Shown here piece by piece: positions 37,898 to 48,540 of a stretch of DNA of 64,000 nt; within the stretch, counting starts at the first letter, position 1; each line of letters starts with the position of its first letter. The notes beneath the pieces were generated by a model. That model searched no databases and was not told the origin of the DNA. It saw only the letters and a program-made list of their open reading frames with translations. The stretch is from Candidatus Dojkabacteria bacterium (GTDB taxonomy: Bacteria > Patescibacteriota > Dojkabacteria > B142 > WJKM01), in the NCBI GenBank assembly GCA_014729085.1, contig WJKM01000019.1, positions 836 to 64,835 on the forward strand, given 5' to 3'. A program made the position numbers and the translations under genes.

Positions 37898-38289
37898 ATG
37901 GAAGAATTAACTACACTTAACGGACTTAATCCAGCAAAAAGGGGTGAAGTTTTTGCTGATTTCGGAACAAGGGACAAAATACTTGAATTACTTGGATACC
38001 CACCCGGCTCTGTTGATGACCGAAAACTTTGGGTAAGGGTTGGAGATACACAGTTTCCTTTTTCTAACAAGCAAAGGGGACCTTTAATTGGTGGGCTGAT
38101 GGAAATTTTTTAGGAACTACATACTATGAACCCGAACAAGCAACATTCTTAAGCCCGCAACAACAAAAAATCTTAAGAGGAGCAGATTCAGAATTTTGGA
38201 CTGATTGGCTAGGACCTAGATTAGGTGCTTTGGCAGCTCAAACAAACTTTACAGATTTCATTATTGATTTTATACCAGGAGGTACTTAA
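37898..38289 (+). pseudogene. Frameshifted hypothetical gene
   Basis: MEELTT... stops at TAG 38111-38113, but the -1 frame is open from about 38068 to TAA at 38289; TTGACT-18nt-TATAAT upstream. Confidence 0.45.
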
Positions 38290-38406
38290 AAGGATATCAA
38301 CAGAATGATAGTTTGTATTGTTAGAATTTTCCTGGATTAGCATATAGTCTCTTATGTTATTGTTTCTTTTTTCCTTATAAATATTGATTTACTACTAATA
38401 TGATTA

Positions 38407-38631
38407 ATGACTGAAAATTTACCAATTCAATGCCTACATCCAGATTTAGAATGTCCATTCCGAACTGAGATGGACAATGGGTATTGCCTTATTTCCGCTG
38501 CAAACAGAGGAGATTCTAAACATGGGAAAACTCCCCGAGCAAGAGAATTATGGTATACAATTGGCTATGGTGCCCCATGTACGCTTTTACCTCCCCAATG
38601 TAAACTTTCAACTCGCTTAACTCTAGATTAA
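38407..38631 (+). CDS. Small Cys-rich hypothetical protein
   Basis: 74 aa, five Cys. Confidence 0.5.
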   Translation: MTENLPIQCLHPDLECPFRTEMDNGYCLISAANRGDSKHGKTPRARELWYTIGYGAPCTLLPPQCKLSTRLTLD

Positions 38632-38761
38632 GAATAGTTTGTACTCCAACACAATGACTTCAACTTTTATTTCTGATATAAATATCTCTAATAAGAGGCC
38701 TCAGGATATACTTGGTAAATCTACATTTACCTGCTATTACTTTATCTATTAAATTTAAATC

Positions 38762-39106
38762 ATGCGAGCAAATCAATATGCAATTGTTAAGGGGCGACTA
38801 ACATCAGATGCAGAGGTAAACACTTCAGATACCGGTAAATCTTATATTAGAGTCGGTCTTGCTGTTAACAATAAAAGGAAAAATAAAGAAGGAAAAGAAG
38901 AGGAAATTGCCACTTTCTACAATATTGTGTGTTTCGACAAAATGGCAGAAATTTATGGTAACCTTGAAAAAGGCGACTTTGTAAGAGCTGAGGGCAGACT
39001 GGAAGTCTCCCCCTATCTCAGCAGTAAAAAGAAAGAACCAAAAGTTGATTTAACAATTATTGCCAACGAAATCATGCGAAGCGACTATGTAGGTGGTGAA
39101 AAATAA
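38762..39106 (+). CDS. ssb: Single-stranded DNA-binding protein without acidic tail
   Basis: GRLTSD, LAVN and KGDFVRAEGRL OB-fold motifs; 114 aa. Confidence 0.88.
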   Translation: MRANQYAIVKGRLTSDAEVNTSDTGKSYIRVGLAVNNKRKNKEGKEEEIATFYNIVCFDKMAEIYGNLEKGDFVRAEGRLEVSPYLSSKKKEPKVDLTIIANEIMRSDYVGGEK

Positions 39107-39118
39107 AATATTCATTAT

Positions 39119-39147
39119 TAAGGGAGCAGGTTAAAGCCTGCTCCCTT
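39119..39147 (+). terminator. Hairpin after ssb
   Basis: AAGGGAGCAGG-TTAAAG-CCTGCTCCCTT. Confidence 0.75.
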
Positions 39148-39361
39148 ATAAATAAGCCTTAATGCAGATTATATAAAGAGCTCCTTAGGCTCAAATCTTC
39201 TGAAACTTATGTACACTCAATATAACTATAAGTCTACCAATAAATAAATATAGAGGGCTCACTAGTTAGATTCTCTCTCTATTTTTTAAATCGGAAAAAA
39301 TTTTAACAAAAACTCAATATATGCTATAATATTATCCTATATTATTCAATTTTTACTAATT

Positions 39362-39637
39362 ATGGAAATATTTCGTCCAAACCGATACTCTCTTGCAGAA
39401 GCATTAGGACAACCTTTGCCAATGGATACCGTTCCACCATTGGAGTTTATTATTGACCCAAGAATTGTTCCAGCAAAATTTTCAGCTGTTATGTCAACTC
39501 CCACAGCTCTTAATACTCACATTGGAACAAACCACTGTTGGTCATGCCCAAACTTTTTTCAGAATTTATGTGGTCAACATTTGTTTTCCTCCCAAACAGA
39601 AGAAGGATGCTTTACAGTTAATATTACTGGAAAGTAA
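39362..39637 (+). CDS. Small Cys-rich hypothetical protein
   Basis: HCWSC...C...C; TGCTATAAT promoter about 30 nt upstream. Confidence 0.5.
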   Translation: MEIFRPNRYSLAEALGQPLPMDTVPPLEFIIDPRIVPAKFSAVMSTPTALNTHIGTNHCWSCPNFFQNLCGQHLFSSQTEEGCFTVNITGK

Positions 39638-39850
39638 TTTCCGAAGCAGACTATTCTTAACTTTACTCTTCTACTCTTAGTCCCATATTAATGATATATC
39701 TATATATTCCTCATACTTCCCTCCATTGCAGTCCTTTTTTGTTAATACTTCAGAGGTTCATATATCAAAACTAATCAATAGTATTTTGCATGTTCATCAT
39801 CTTTCTTTAAAACTAAGTAGTATTCTTCTAACTATAACGCAAGCGATGGA

Positions 39851-41287
39851 TTAAACAATGCTTCCCTCCATACTCATTTGTATCAGTGCATTCAGTTCCA
39901 TTGCATATTCCATTGGAAGTTCCTTTACAACCGGCTCAATAAAACCAGAGACTACTAAAGCAGATGCCTCCTCTTCTGTTAGACCTCGCGACATAAGATA
40001 GAACAACTGGTCTTCAGACACCTTACTTACACTGGCCTCATGTTCAACTCTACTTTTCTTTTCATCTACCTCATTGGTTGGATAAGTATCAGTCTGGGAT
40101 TCATCATCTAATATTAATGCATCACAGTTAATCTTAGATTTTGTACCTTCAGCACCCTTACATATTTTAAGCAGTCCTCTATAACTTGAACGCCCTCCGT
40201 CCTTACAAATTGACTTAGAATTTATAATGGATGAAGTACCTTTTGCCTTATGAATAATTTTTGCACCAGCATCCTGATGTTGACCTTCTCCTGCTAAAGC
40301 AATAGACAAAACCTCCCCATGTGAGTTATCTCCTATCAGATGTACGGAAGGATACTTCATTGTAACCTTTGATCCAAGATTACAATCTACCCACTCCATA
40401 TTTGCGTTTTCATATACATATGCTCTTTTGGTAACAAGATTGTAAACATTGGTAGACCAGTTCTGAAGTGTAGTGTATCTAAATTTTGCCTCAGGCATAC
40501 AAACAATCTCCACAACAGCAGCATGCAGGGAATCTGTTGAATACACAGGTGCCGTACAGCCTTCTATATAGTGAATTTCAGATCCCTCATCTGCAATTAT
40601 CAGGGTTCTTTCAAACTGCCCCATATTCTGTGCGTTTATACGGAAATATGCCTGCAGAGGCATCTCAAGCTTCAATCCTTTTGGAACATAGATAAAAGTA
40701 CCACCAGACCATACAGCTGTATTTAAAGCAGCGAGCTTATTGTCTGAATAGGGAACGATTTTGCCAAAATATTTTTTGAAAATATCCGAATGCTTTTTAA
40801 GGGCAGTATCAGTATCTTCAAAAATTATTCCCTGTTTCTGCCACTTTTCTTTTAATTTATGATATACAACTTCGGACTCATACTGAGATGCAACACCTGC
40901 TAAAAATTTCCTCTCTGCCTGAGGGACTCCAAGTCTCTCAAATGTATTTTTTATTTCTTCCGGCACTTCCTCCCAGCTTTTCTTGGCTTCATCTGTTGCT
41001 CGGACAAAATAATGTATTTTATCGTAATCGATTCCAGAAAGATCAGGGCCCCATTTGGGATTCTTTTTTTTCGTGAAATATTCAAAAGCTTTCAATCGTT
41101 TCCTCAGCATCCATTTTGGTTCTTTTTTTAACTCTGAAATTTTTTTTATTTTTTTCTTATCTATACCTTCTCCTAAATCCCGAATTTTCTTATATTCATT
41201 CGAAAACCCATATTTCCCTTTATAGTCTGTATTAATGTCTCGTACATTTTTAGGTAGTAGTGTTTCTAATTTTTCAGTTTTATTCAT
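39851..41287 (-). CDS. sufB: Fe-S cluster assembly protein SufB
   Basis: [23 protein letters not shown] and QLFYLMSRG motifs. Confidence 0.97.
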   Translation of the reverse strand: MNKTEKLETLLPKNVRDINTDYKGKYGFSNEYKKIRDLGEGIDKKKIKKISELKKEPKWMLRKRLKAFEYFTKKKNPKWGPDLSGIDYDKIHYFVRATDEAKKSWEEVPEEIKNTFERLGVPQAERKFLAGVASQYESEVVYHKLKEKWQKQGIIFEDTDTALKKHSDIFKKYFGKIVPYSDNKLAALNTAVWSGGTFIYVPKGLKLEMPLQAYFRINAQNMGQFERTLIIADEGSEIHYIEGCTAPVYSTDSLHAAVVEIVCMPEAKFRYTTLQNWSTNVYNLVTKRAYVYENANMEWVDCNLGSKVTMKYPSVHLIGDNSHGEVLSIALAGEGQHQDAGAKIIHKAKGTSSIINSKSICKDGGRSSYRGLLKICKGAEGTKSKINCDALILDDESQTDTYPTNEVDEKKSRVEHEASVSKVSEDQLFYLMSRGLTEEEASALVVSGFIEPVVKELPMEYAMELNALIQMSMEGSIV

Positions 41288-41366
41288 AATAATTTTAATG
41301 AATTACCTAAGAAATTATAACAGTAACGATTGAATATAAACTTGAAGATAATATACTGCCCTTAAA

Positions 41367-42029
41367 TCAGGATGCCCGCCTTGTCTTCGACTCCGGCAAG
41401 AAAGAATTTTTGTAAATAGTTAATTTATTACCAAACAAAGAGCTTGAAGAGGATAACCTGTTAAATACAATGATACTTACAAGGGTTAAGGGCACTATAA
41501 ATAAATTCCCCAAGAATTGATTCCGTAGGAAAGGCAACGCATTTATATAGCTTTGAATTAACCCTTCAACATCTTTAGAATACATATTTGTAAGCAATAC
41601 AACTCCTAAATTAGTCCATATGTAAAAAATCAATGTAGAAATGACTCCTCCAGCAGTACTTAAAGTAACAGTTCTTGATAATCGCGTTCTATCTTTCTTT
41701 GCTATATATCTATCTATCATGATTCCAATAACAGGACCTGCTAAAAACCCGCTCCATGTAAACCAAAAAATGTTCGTATTGCCGATAATTAAGTCTGAAA
41801 AAAACATAATCAGAAAAGGAACCAGAAAAGAAATTCTCTTATTCTTGAAAAAAAATCCTGCAGATATAGAAAGTCCTGTCACAAATTCAATATTTGCACC
41901 AATATGAAAAGTTGTTCTAGTTAGGATTCCAATTAGAATAAAGACTGCGGTATAAAAGATATCTTTTTCATTTATCTTAACGTTATTCTTAATCTTATTA
42001 CTATCTTTATATTTATTCGTCATTCCCAT
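41367..42029 (-). CDS. DUF6580-like membrane protein (putative ECF-type substrate-binding component)
   Basis: SDLIIG, FYIWTNLGV and YINALPF motifs. Confidence 0.7.
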   Translation of the reverse strand: MGMTNKYKDSNKIKNNVKINEKDIFYTAVFILIGILTRTTFHIGANIEFVTGLSISAGFFFKNKRISFLVPFLIMFFSDLIIGNTNIFWFTWSGFLAGPVIGIMIDRYIAKKDRTRLSRTVTLSTAGGVISTLIFYIWTNLGVVLLTNMYSKDVEGLIQSYINALPFLRNQFLGNLFIVPLTLVSIIVFNRLSSSSSLFGNKLTIYKNSFLPESKTRRAS

Positions 42030-42504
42030 AATTGTCTATAATATCAATCTCAAATTTTAATTCGTCTTCTTTTTCTACTTTATAAGAACTTACACCTACT
42101 GGAGATTCTTCATTGTTAATAAAAAATTCCCAAAATGAATCTTCATCAGGAGTTATTTCATTTATCGTGGTAATCATATTCCCAGCTTCACCATATTCTT
42201 CATATTCAAAGCTGAAAGACCCATCTTGCTCTTGCAATCTTTCCAACAGCATAAAAGCTGTCTCGTCTTCTTTATAAACTATTTCATATTCTTCCTTTTC
42301 TTCCTCCCCGCTTTCCACAATCAATTTTACAATCTCCTCCTTCTCCTCTTCACTCTCTCCTTGTTCATAGATAATTGGCTCATCTTTTGTTTTTGGAAGG
42401 TACTTCTGTTTAAATATAAATGCTCCACTCCAAAATATAAGAATTGGGAATGCGATTATCAAACCTGCCGAGATTTTTTTTATTAATTTCTTATCTAGTT
42501 TCAT
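42013..42504 (-). CDS. DUF4430 (transcobalamin-like beta-grasp) membrane-anchored protein
   Basis: TAFMLL...ITTINE...FWEFFINN...VGVSSY. Confidence 0.78.
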   Translation of the reverse strand: MKLDKKLIKKISAGLIIAFPILIFWSGAFIFKQKYLPKTKDEPIIYEQGESEEEKEEIVKLIVESGEEEKEEYEIVYKEDETAFMLLERLQEQDGSFSFEYEEYGEAGNMITTINEITPDEDSFWEFFINNEESPVGVSSYKVEKEDELKFEIDIIDNYGNDE

Positions 42505-42593
42505 AAATATTATAGATTAAAAATTTATTGGTGCTAATACAGTTAATACAGGCAGTATAATAACACAAATCACTTCTCTACTCTACCCAATAT

Positions 42594-43394
42594 TTATACT
42601 CCCATTATCTTCTTAACTAGTTTAACTAATCCAGGTTTCAAATATTTATTAGATGCAATTACTCTTCTTGTGCTGTTTGTAATTTGCTGTCCTGTGAAAT
42701 CAACAACTTCAAGTCCTGCTTCTTTTGCAAGTAAGGTTCCTGCATAAAGTTCTTGTAATTCATCTTCAAAACAAATTACAGCATTTATTTTTCCCTCTGC
42801 AAGTAAACCCCAATCCACAACCGGTGCCCACATTTTAATTACTCTCCTAAATTGGCCTTCAAGCTTCTCCTCAAGATTATTTCCCTCCTCTAGTAAGGTT
42901 TGCACTGAAAAAGTTCTATGTCCCCGGATAAAACAAATAGTTGCCTTAGTTAAATTCTGAACTTCATTTTTATTTTGAATCTTATTTTCATTAATCTCGG
43001 CTCCTTGATTTCGTACTGCACAATACATTTTTTCCAAAATTGTATTGTAAATAACTGACAACACTATTGAACCTTCATGCGATAGTGCTATTGAACTTGC
43101 AAAATAAGGGATTCCCGAAAAATAATTGTTCGTTCCATCAAGTGGATCAATATACCAAACAAATGAATTGTCAATATTTCTTTCTCCACTTTCTTCTGTA
43201 TTAAACCCATGTGTGGGAAATTTTTTTTCAATTTCTTCTATCATTTTTTGTTCGGCTTTTTTGTCAATTGCAAGCCTCACATCATGACCCTCTTTACTGA
43301 TTACAGTCAGCGTTTTTGAAAAATTATCTATTATTAGGTTTTGAGGTGCCAATATTGCTTGTTTAGCAATTTTTAAATGTTTTTTGTAATTCAT
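42594..43394 (-). CDS. Inositol monophosphatase family protein
   Basis: TEES and WYIDPLDGTNNY motifs. Confidence 0.9.
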   Translation of the reverse strand: MNYKKHLKIAKQAILAPQNLIIDNFSKTLTVISKEGHDVRLAIDKKAEQKMIEEIEKKFPTHGFNTEESGERNIDNSFVWYIDPLDGTNNYFSGIPYFASSIALSHEGSIVLSVIYNTILEKMYCAVRNQGAEINENKIQNKNEVQNLTKATICFIRGHRTFSVQTLLEEGNNLEEKLEGQFRRVIKMWAPVVDWGLLAEGKINAVICFEDELQELYAGTLLAKEAGLEVVDFTGQQITNSTRRVIASNKYLKPGLVKLVKKIMGV

Positions 43395-43412
43395 ATAAAA
43401 TCATCAATTAAA

Positions 43413-45089
43413 CTAGCTCCTATCAATAAATTCATGTTTGCTTGCTGGATCAGGCTTTTCATTCTTGGAGAATTTCAACATTGACACAAATTTATCTGCT
43501 TTAGAAGCTTTTTCAGCCATTTGATAAGCTAAAATTCTATAATTTATATGTCCGCCCGGTCTTACCCTAAGTCTTGTTATATAACTTAATTCCTTGACTG
43601 ATCCATGCAAATACAGTCGACAAATATTTGCAAATGGAAGTAATTGTACTAACAGACTCTTTGGAAACCATTGCTCAGACTCAACTTTCTTAATAAAAAC
43701 TTCTAATTTCTTATAATAACCTTTTAAATCGTTTTCGAATTCATCTACAATTGAATTTTTGATATTATCGTTATCTGTTAAATAAGCAGGAAGTGTATAT
43801 CCATCAAACATGTAATTTTCCAGATCTTTGACGGCGGAAAGCATTGGGACAAATCTACCCCAGGCTCTGTGTCTATTTAAATCTCTTGCCTCGGCAACAG
43901 AAGAAATAAGTTCAAAAGTATAATGATTTACCCTAAATTGATTGCCCATCTGTTTATGATGACAGAAATCATTGCAAATAATATCGGATAACTTTTCTCG
44001 TTCTTCTTGCTTTAAATTTTTCAACCACTTGATAAGCCAGTCAGTATCAACAAGAGGAAAAAGAGACATAATATTCTGCATTACAGCCTTCAAGCCGGCT
44101 GTTAAATCAAGGTCAAACAAGTTTACTTTGATTGGTTTGAATTTGTTCTCAGTATAAAAAAGAGCCTCTTCTTCGAAATTAATTTTTTTTAAATAATTTC
44201 CTAAGGCACTCAAATTGTTTGCTGTAGTTTCATCGTAATTTGTGTGCCTGATGAGATCTGGTGCTTCAGGAGTGTATCCAATCTTTTGAGCACATTCTTG
44301 ATCAGGAGCAAATAAGATCTCTAGCTGTTCGCCTAAATAATTCAAGTACAAATCTTTACAGGACTTAAGCATTGAAATGATGCGTGCCCATTCTCTTCCG
44401 GATGTTATATATGCAAGCGAGGTTTTTATGTTCATACCAGAAAGTAAAAAATATCTTGCAGAATCAAAAACTCTTGCCTGAAGAGCACTTCTTTGTTTTT
44501 TATCGCTCGTGTCAATTTCATATACTTTTTCATATTCTTTACTAAGTATTTCCTTATATTTCTCGTAATGCTCAAGACTATAACTTTGCAGTTCCTGTAA
44601 TTGCTTATCAATCTGCTTGTATGCATCCTTGGAAACCTTATCCTTTTTAAAATAATGTTTATAATCTTTAAGTGACATAAAGGCGCTGGAACTGAAATCC
44701 TGATATCTAGTTGACCTTTCTTGTCCACCCCCAACAGAAGTTTCATAAAAAAACTTAAATGCGTAAATTTGAGGAATATTTTCTATATAAGCAAAAAGCA
44801 TTGCCATATCAGCTACAGAGGCATGACCATAATTTTTAAATATATTGGCTAATTTTTTATTTGCATTCTTTCCTGAATCTCTGATTTCTTTAAACAATTC
44901 TCTAGCCGACAAATCAGAACGGGAGTATCTCGCACCTGCAAAAGCCATTATTGAGGCAGTTTGTTTTCCGTGGTTAGGTAATGCAGTTCTTACAGTAAAA
45001 TTTGTGCGCTTGTCATGCAAACTTACAATTACCAAGTCTGTCTCATCTGGATCTGAAATGGAAAACTCAAAATTTTCATATCTCTGCAT
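43413..45089 (-). CDS. thyX: FAD-dependent thymidylate synthase, duplicated-domain type
   Basis: ARYSRS, YGHASVA, QERSTRY, RDLNRHR and LR...GH..YR motifs. Confidence 0.85.
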   Translation of the reverse strand: MQRYENFEFSISDPDETDLVIVSLHDKRTNFTVRTALPNHGKQTASIMAFAGARYSRSDLSARELFKEIRDSGKNANKKLANIFKNYGHASVADMAMLFAYIENIPQIYAFKFFYETSVGGGQERSTRYQDFSSSAFMSLKDYKHYFKKDKVSKDAYKQIDKQLQELQSYSLEHYEKYKEILSKEYEKVYEIDTSDKKQRSALQARVFDSARYFLLSGMNIKTSLAYITSGREWARIISMLKSCKDLYLNYLGEQLEILFAPDQECAQKIGYTPEAPDLIRHTNYDETTANNLSALGNYLKKINFEEEALFYTENKFKPIKVNLFDLDLTAGLKAVMQNIMSLFPLVDTDWLIKWLKNLKQEEREKLSDIICNDFCHHKQMGNQFRVNHYTFELISSVAEARDLNRHRAWGRFVPMLSAVKDLENYMFDGYTLPAYLTDNDNIKNSIVDEFENDLKGYYKKLEVFIKKVESEQWFPKSLLVQLLPFANICRLYLHGSVKELSYITRLRVRPGGHINYRILAYQMAEKASKADKFVSMLKFSKNEKPDPASKHEFIDRS

Positions 45090-45135
45090 TAAAATAAGAC
45101 TAATAAATTAAATTTAAATTGATTGATATGTAATA

Positions 45136-45897
45136 TTATGACTCGTAAGTAGTCAGCATTAAGCTCTTTCTAAGCAGCATTAACTCATCCTCAGAAATAC
45201 CTTCTGAGTATGTTGCAGAAACTGTAAACGCTCGTGTTATCTTATTATCCTTCACATAATATCTGTGTCGCTGTTCAATATAAAACTGGATCCTTTCCCC
45301 GCTGAACTGCAAGATATAGAAAAGACATTCCTGGTTATTCACTGACTGAATATTTACTATCTGTTGTCTAGTTTTTAGTTTACTAACTGCTGTCGTAGCA
45401 ATTTCCCCAACTTTTTGACAAAACTGTGTATCTATCAATTCATTTTGGATAATCAGATCATCCTCTTTAAAATCACTAAAAATATAGTGAATGAAATTTG
45501 AAGTATTCTGTTGAGGATTTTTTATTGTGAACGTTCCCTCTTTTCCAGTATTATCATCACTTGGTTCATAGTTCGCTGGATGTACAACCAAGGTATTCCC
45601 ATACCTAGTTTTATCTAAGTTTTTATCCATATCTATATCAAGATTCTTCCAAAAATACTTAAAAGAAATAATTCTATCAGTATTTACATTTCTAAGTGTC
45701 TGGTCATCCGTTAAATCATAATCTATATCTTCATTTTTTTGGACAATGCTCAAATCATCTGTTGGGGGATCAATGAAATAGAAATATACAAAAACTGCTA
45801 AAGATGCAAATAAGGTAAAAAGAATTACCTCGGATAAAATATCAACAAGACGTATATCTTTCATGAATATGAATCTTAGAATTTGTTTATTATACAA
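45136..45897 (-). CDS. Membrane-anchored hypothetical protein
   Basis: Single N-terminal TM helix; start uncertain. Confidence 0.6.
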   Translation of the reverse strand: MYNKQILRFIFMKDIRLVDILSEVILFTLFASLAVFVYFYFIDPPTDDLSIVQKNEDIDYDLTDDQTLRNVNTDRIISFKYFWKNLDIDMDKNLDKTRYGNTLVVHPANYEPSDDNTGKEGTFTIKNPQQNTSNFIHYIFSDFKEDDLIIQNELIDTQFCQKVGEIATTAVSKLKTRQQIVNIQSVNNQECLFYILQFSGERIQFYIEQRHRYYVKDNKITRAFTVSATYSEGISEDELMLLRKSLMLTTYES

Positions 45898-45958
45898 TGG
45901 TTAGAAATATTAAAATAGGGCAAAGTATTCAAACCCCAATCTCTAACTAAACCAATCT

Positions 45959-46459
45959 TTACTTATTATCATATTTTTGCTCTTCATCATATAAAACTTC
46001 CATTTCTATCCTTCCCTGTTTAAATATTTCCCGTGTTCTTTGTGCTCTATGATACCTTCTTTGACAGACTACTCTTTTAATGCCAGCATTGACAATCATT
46101 TTGGCACAAACATAACAAGGTTCCATCCTACAATAAAGTGTAGCTCCATCTATGCTAATGCCAACTCTTGCAGCCTGGACAATTGCATTTTGTTCTGCAT
46201 GTGTCGTTCTTATACAATGTTTCGATTTACTTCCATCTAGATTGATTACTTCATGTATCTCATGGCCTACTTCGTCGCAATGAGGTAAACCTCTTGGTGC
46301 CCCAACATACCCTGTTGTCAGAATTTGCTTGTTTTTTACAATTACACATCCACTCCTTCCCCGATCACAAGTTGCTCTTTTGGCAACCTCTTCCATAATA
46401 TCCATAAAATATTCGTCCCAACTTGGACGTAAATATTCCGTTTCCTGTTTTTTAGACAT
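45959..46459 (-). CDS. dCMP deaminase (ComEB-like)
   Basis: RPSWDEYF, HAEQNA and PCYVC motifs. Confidence 0.93.
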   Translation of the reverse strand: MSKKQETEYLRPSWDEYFMDIMEEVAKRATCDRGRSGCVIVKNKQILTTGYVGAPRGLPHCDEVGHEIHEVINLDGSKSKHCIRTTHAEQNAIVQAARVGISIDGATLYCRMEPCYVCAKMIVNAGIKRVVCQRRYHRAQRTREIFKQGRIEMEVLYDEEQKYDNK

Positions 46460-46532
46460 GGTGCATTTGGTCAAAATTTAAATTCTGAAAACAAAAAAAG
46501 TTTATCAATAAAAAATGAATACAACAAGATGA

Positions 46533-47309
46533 CTAAGAGAGAAACTTAATATTTTTTAGTCTTTGAAGTTCTTTACGATGTGTAAATTCTACTTTACAAG
46601 GGGTAACAGTAATACTATTTTTTACTAATTCACCGGAATCAGTACCTCGTGCCCATCCCTTACGCTCTACAACTGGTCTGTACTTAAAACTTTTATCGTC
46701 AATATCTTGGTAATTAGGCCAGTATCCGTCTTCAGCTGTCCTAACAATTTCGATTTTACTAGTCTTTTGAGATGGAAAATTCACATTCCAGAAAATTCTC
46801 TCTGGAATTCCCAATTCAAGGGCTCTTTTAATAATTTTTTCTATTATCTCGCCGGGATACTCAAGCAAGCTAGAATCAAAACTCCCATCGTGATCTTTAA
46901 GCCAATGTTTTGAACTACAAACCATGGAGAATGCAATACATGGTGTTTGTCTGGATTCTGCTGCGGCTATGGCAGCTCCAATTGTACCCGATGAGCACAT
47001 ACCATTGGAAACATTTTCACCAAAATTCAAACCGGATATAACAAGATCTGGCGATTTTTCTAAATAATCAAAAGCAAAGAAAACGCTATCTGCTGGAGTT
47101 CCATCAAGCCATATTACTTCTACACCATCTACAACTTCTTTTCCCCATTCTCCACCTTTTAAACTGAGTTTTGCTCCACATGCTGAATGTTGTTCTTTGG
47201 TTGCAATTATTTGAAAGTCAGCAAATTTTTCGACAATTCTCTTTATTAAAATTAAACCTTCCGCCCTTACAGAATCATCTCCAGTTAAAAGTAAAAATGG
47301 CTTTGTCAT
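46533..47309 (-). CDS. surE: 5'/3'-nucleotidase SurE
   Basis: LLTGDDS, GTPADS, SGLNFGEN, SGTIGAA and NVNFP motifs. Confidence 0.88.
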   Translation of the reverse strand: MTKPFLLLTGDDSVRAEGLILIKRIVEKFADFQIIATKEQHSACGAKLSLKGGEWGKEVVDGVEVIWLDGTPADSVFFAFDYLEKSPDLVISGLNFGENVSNGMCSSGTIGAAIAAAESRQTPCIAFSMVCSSKHWLKDHDGSFDSSLLEYPGEIIEKIIKRALELGIPERIFWNVNFPSQKTSKIEIVRTAEDGYWPNYQDIDDKSFKYRPVVERKGWARGTDSGELVKNSITVTPCKVEFTHRKELQRLKNIKFLS

Positions 47310-47393
47310 ATTAGATACAAAATAAACAAAATAAAAACAAACATAAAATTATACTAAAAATCACTTCAGTAAAATTTCCTCTCATCCGATTAT

Positions 47394-47768
47394 TTAATAT
47401 ACTGCATTCTGAATCCATTCAATTTCAGTATTTCTACTGTCTTTCATTAATATACCGACAACATCAATTCTCCAATCCACTTCTTCTTTTTCTTGAGATT
47501 CCAACCAATATTTTGCGGTATTAATCAATGAACTTTTTTGTTTGAAAGTGATTAATTGTCTGAGATCTATATCTTTTGAAGTTCGAGTTTTTACCTCAAC
47601 AAAAACATATTCAATATTATCCTTCATAATTATGTCTATTTCTCCTCCCCAGATCGTGAAGTTTTGTTCAATCAATTCCAAATTATTCTTCTTCAAGAAA
47701 TTAAGAGCTAGCATTTCTCCTTTCTTCCCTAGTTCTTTCTTACTTTTTGAATTCTGATTATGGTTCAC
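47394..47768 (-). CDS. yraN: YraN/UPF0102 family protein
   Basis: GEIDII, VFVEVKTR and RIDVV motifs. Confidence 0.92.
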   Translation of the reverse strand: MNHNQNSKSKKELGKKGEMLALNFLKKNNLELIEQNFTIWGGEIDIIMKDNIEYVFVEVKTRTSKDIDLRQLITFKQKSSLINTAKYWLESQEKEEVDWRIDVVGILMKDSRNTEIEWIQNAVY

Positions 47769-48540
47769 TTTTTAAATTATTTGAATCCTTAAATATTTTA
47801 ATAAATAAAAAAGTAGCACTAATACTTGCTATCGGAATATACAAGAAATTAACTACAGGTATTGTAAATAATAAAGTAGAAATCAACCCAAAGATAATAA
47901 ACAAATCGACATTTGATAAGATTGTTGTTGCTTTTTGTTTGAAAGAATAATGAATTCGTTCAAAAGAAGGGTCTGTTAAGTCAAGAATATTAATAAAAAT
48001 ATTAAATCCATAATTAATGCAAACAAAGAATATATTTCCCACTACTGGAATTAAGTTTATTAATGAAGTTACAATAAAGATCAAAATTGTTAATAGTATT
48101 TTAATGAATTCAAATTTGATAGCCCTTCCCATCTCAAATATGAGAAGTTTCACTCCTTTATATCGCTGTACTTTTTGAATACGGTGTTCTTTAAGAATTT
48201 TCTCAATAATAATACCGTTAAATGGAGCGCTTATTATCATTCCCATTAGTAGAAAAAACCACAAAACAATAATCAAAGTAAAAATTATTCCAAAGAATCT
48301 CGCTAAATCCGGAATAAATGCAAAATCTTCTAGTTGTATATAATTAAGTCCTGAATTTATTAATTCCAAAATCCTTGAATAGAAAAAAATGAAAATAACG
48401 ATTGATAATATGAGATTAAGAATAAACGGAAGAATCAATAAAGGCCAAATTTGAATATTTCTTAAAATATATTTAACAGATTTTAGAATAACTCCGAAGG
48501 AAAAAAATATTCTTCTAATAATCCTTAAGAACTTCATCAA
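47758..48540 (-). CDS. EI24/CysZ-like membrane protein
   Basis: LPFILN, IISAPFN, LIPVVG and IPVVN motifs. Confidence 0.8.
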   Translation of the reverse strand: MMKFLRIIRRIFFSFGVILKSVKYILRNIQIWPLLILPFILNLILSIVIFIFFYSRILELINSGLNYIQLEDFAFIPDLARFFGIIFTLIIVLWFFLLMGMIISAPFNGIIIEKILKEHRIQKVQRYKGVKLLIFEMGRAIKFEFIKILLTILIFIVTSLINLIPVVGNIFFVCINYGFNIFINILDLTDPSFERIHYSFKQKATTILSNVDLFIIFGLISTLLFTIPVVNFLYIPIASISATFLFIKIFKDSNNLKSEP

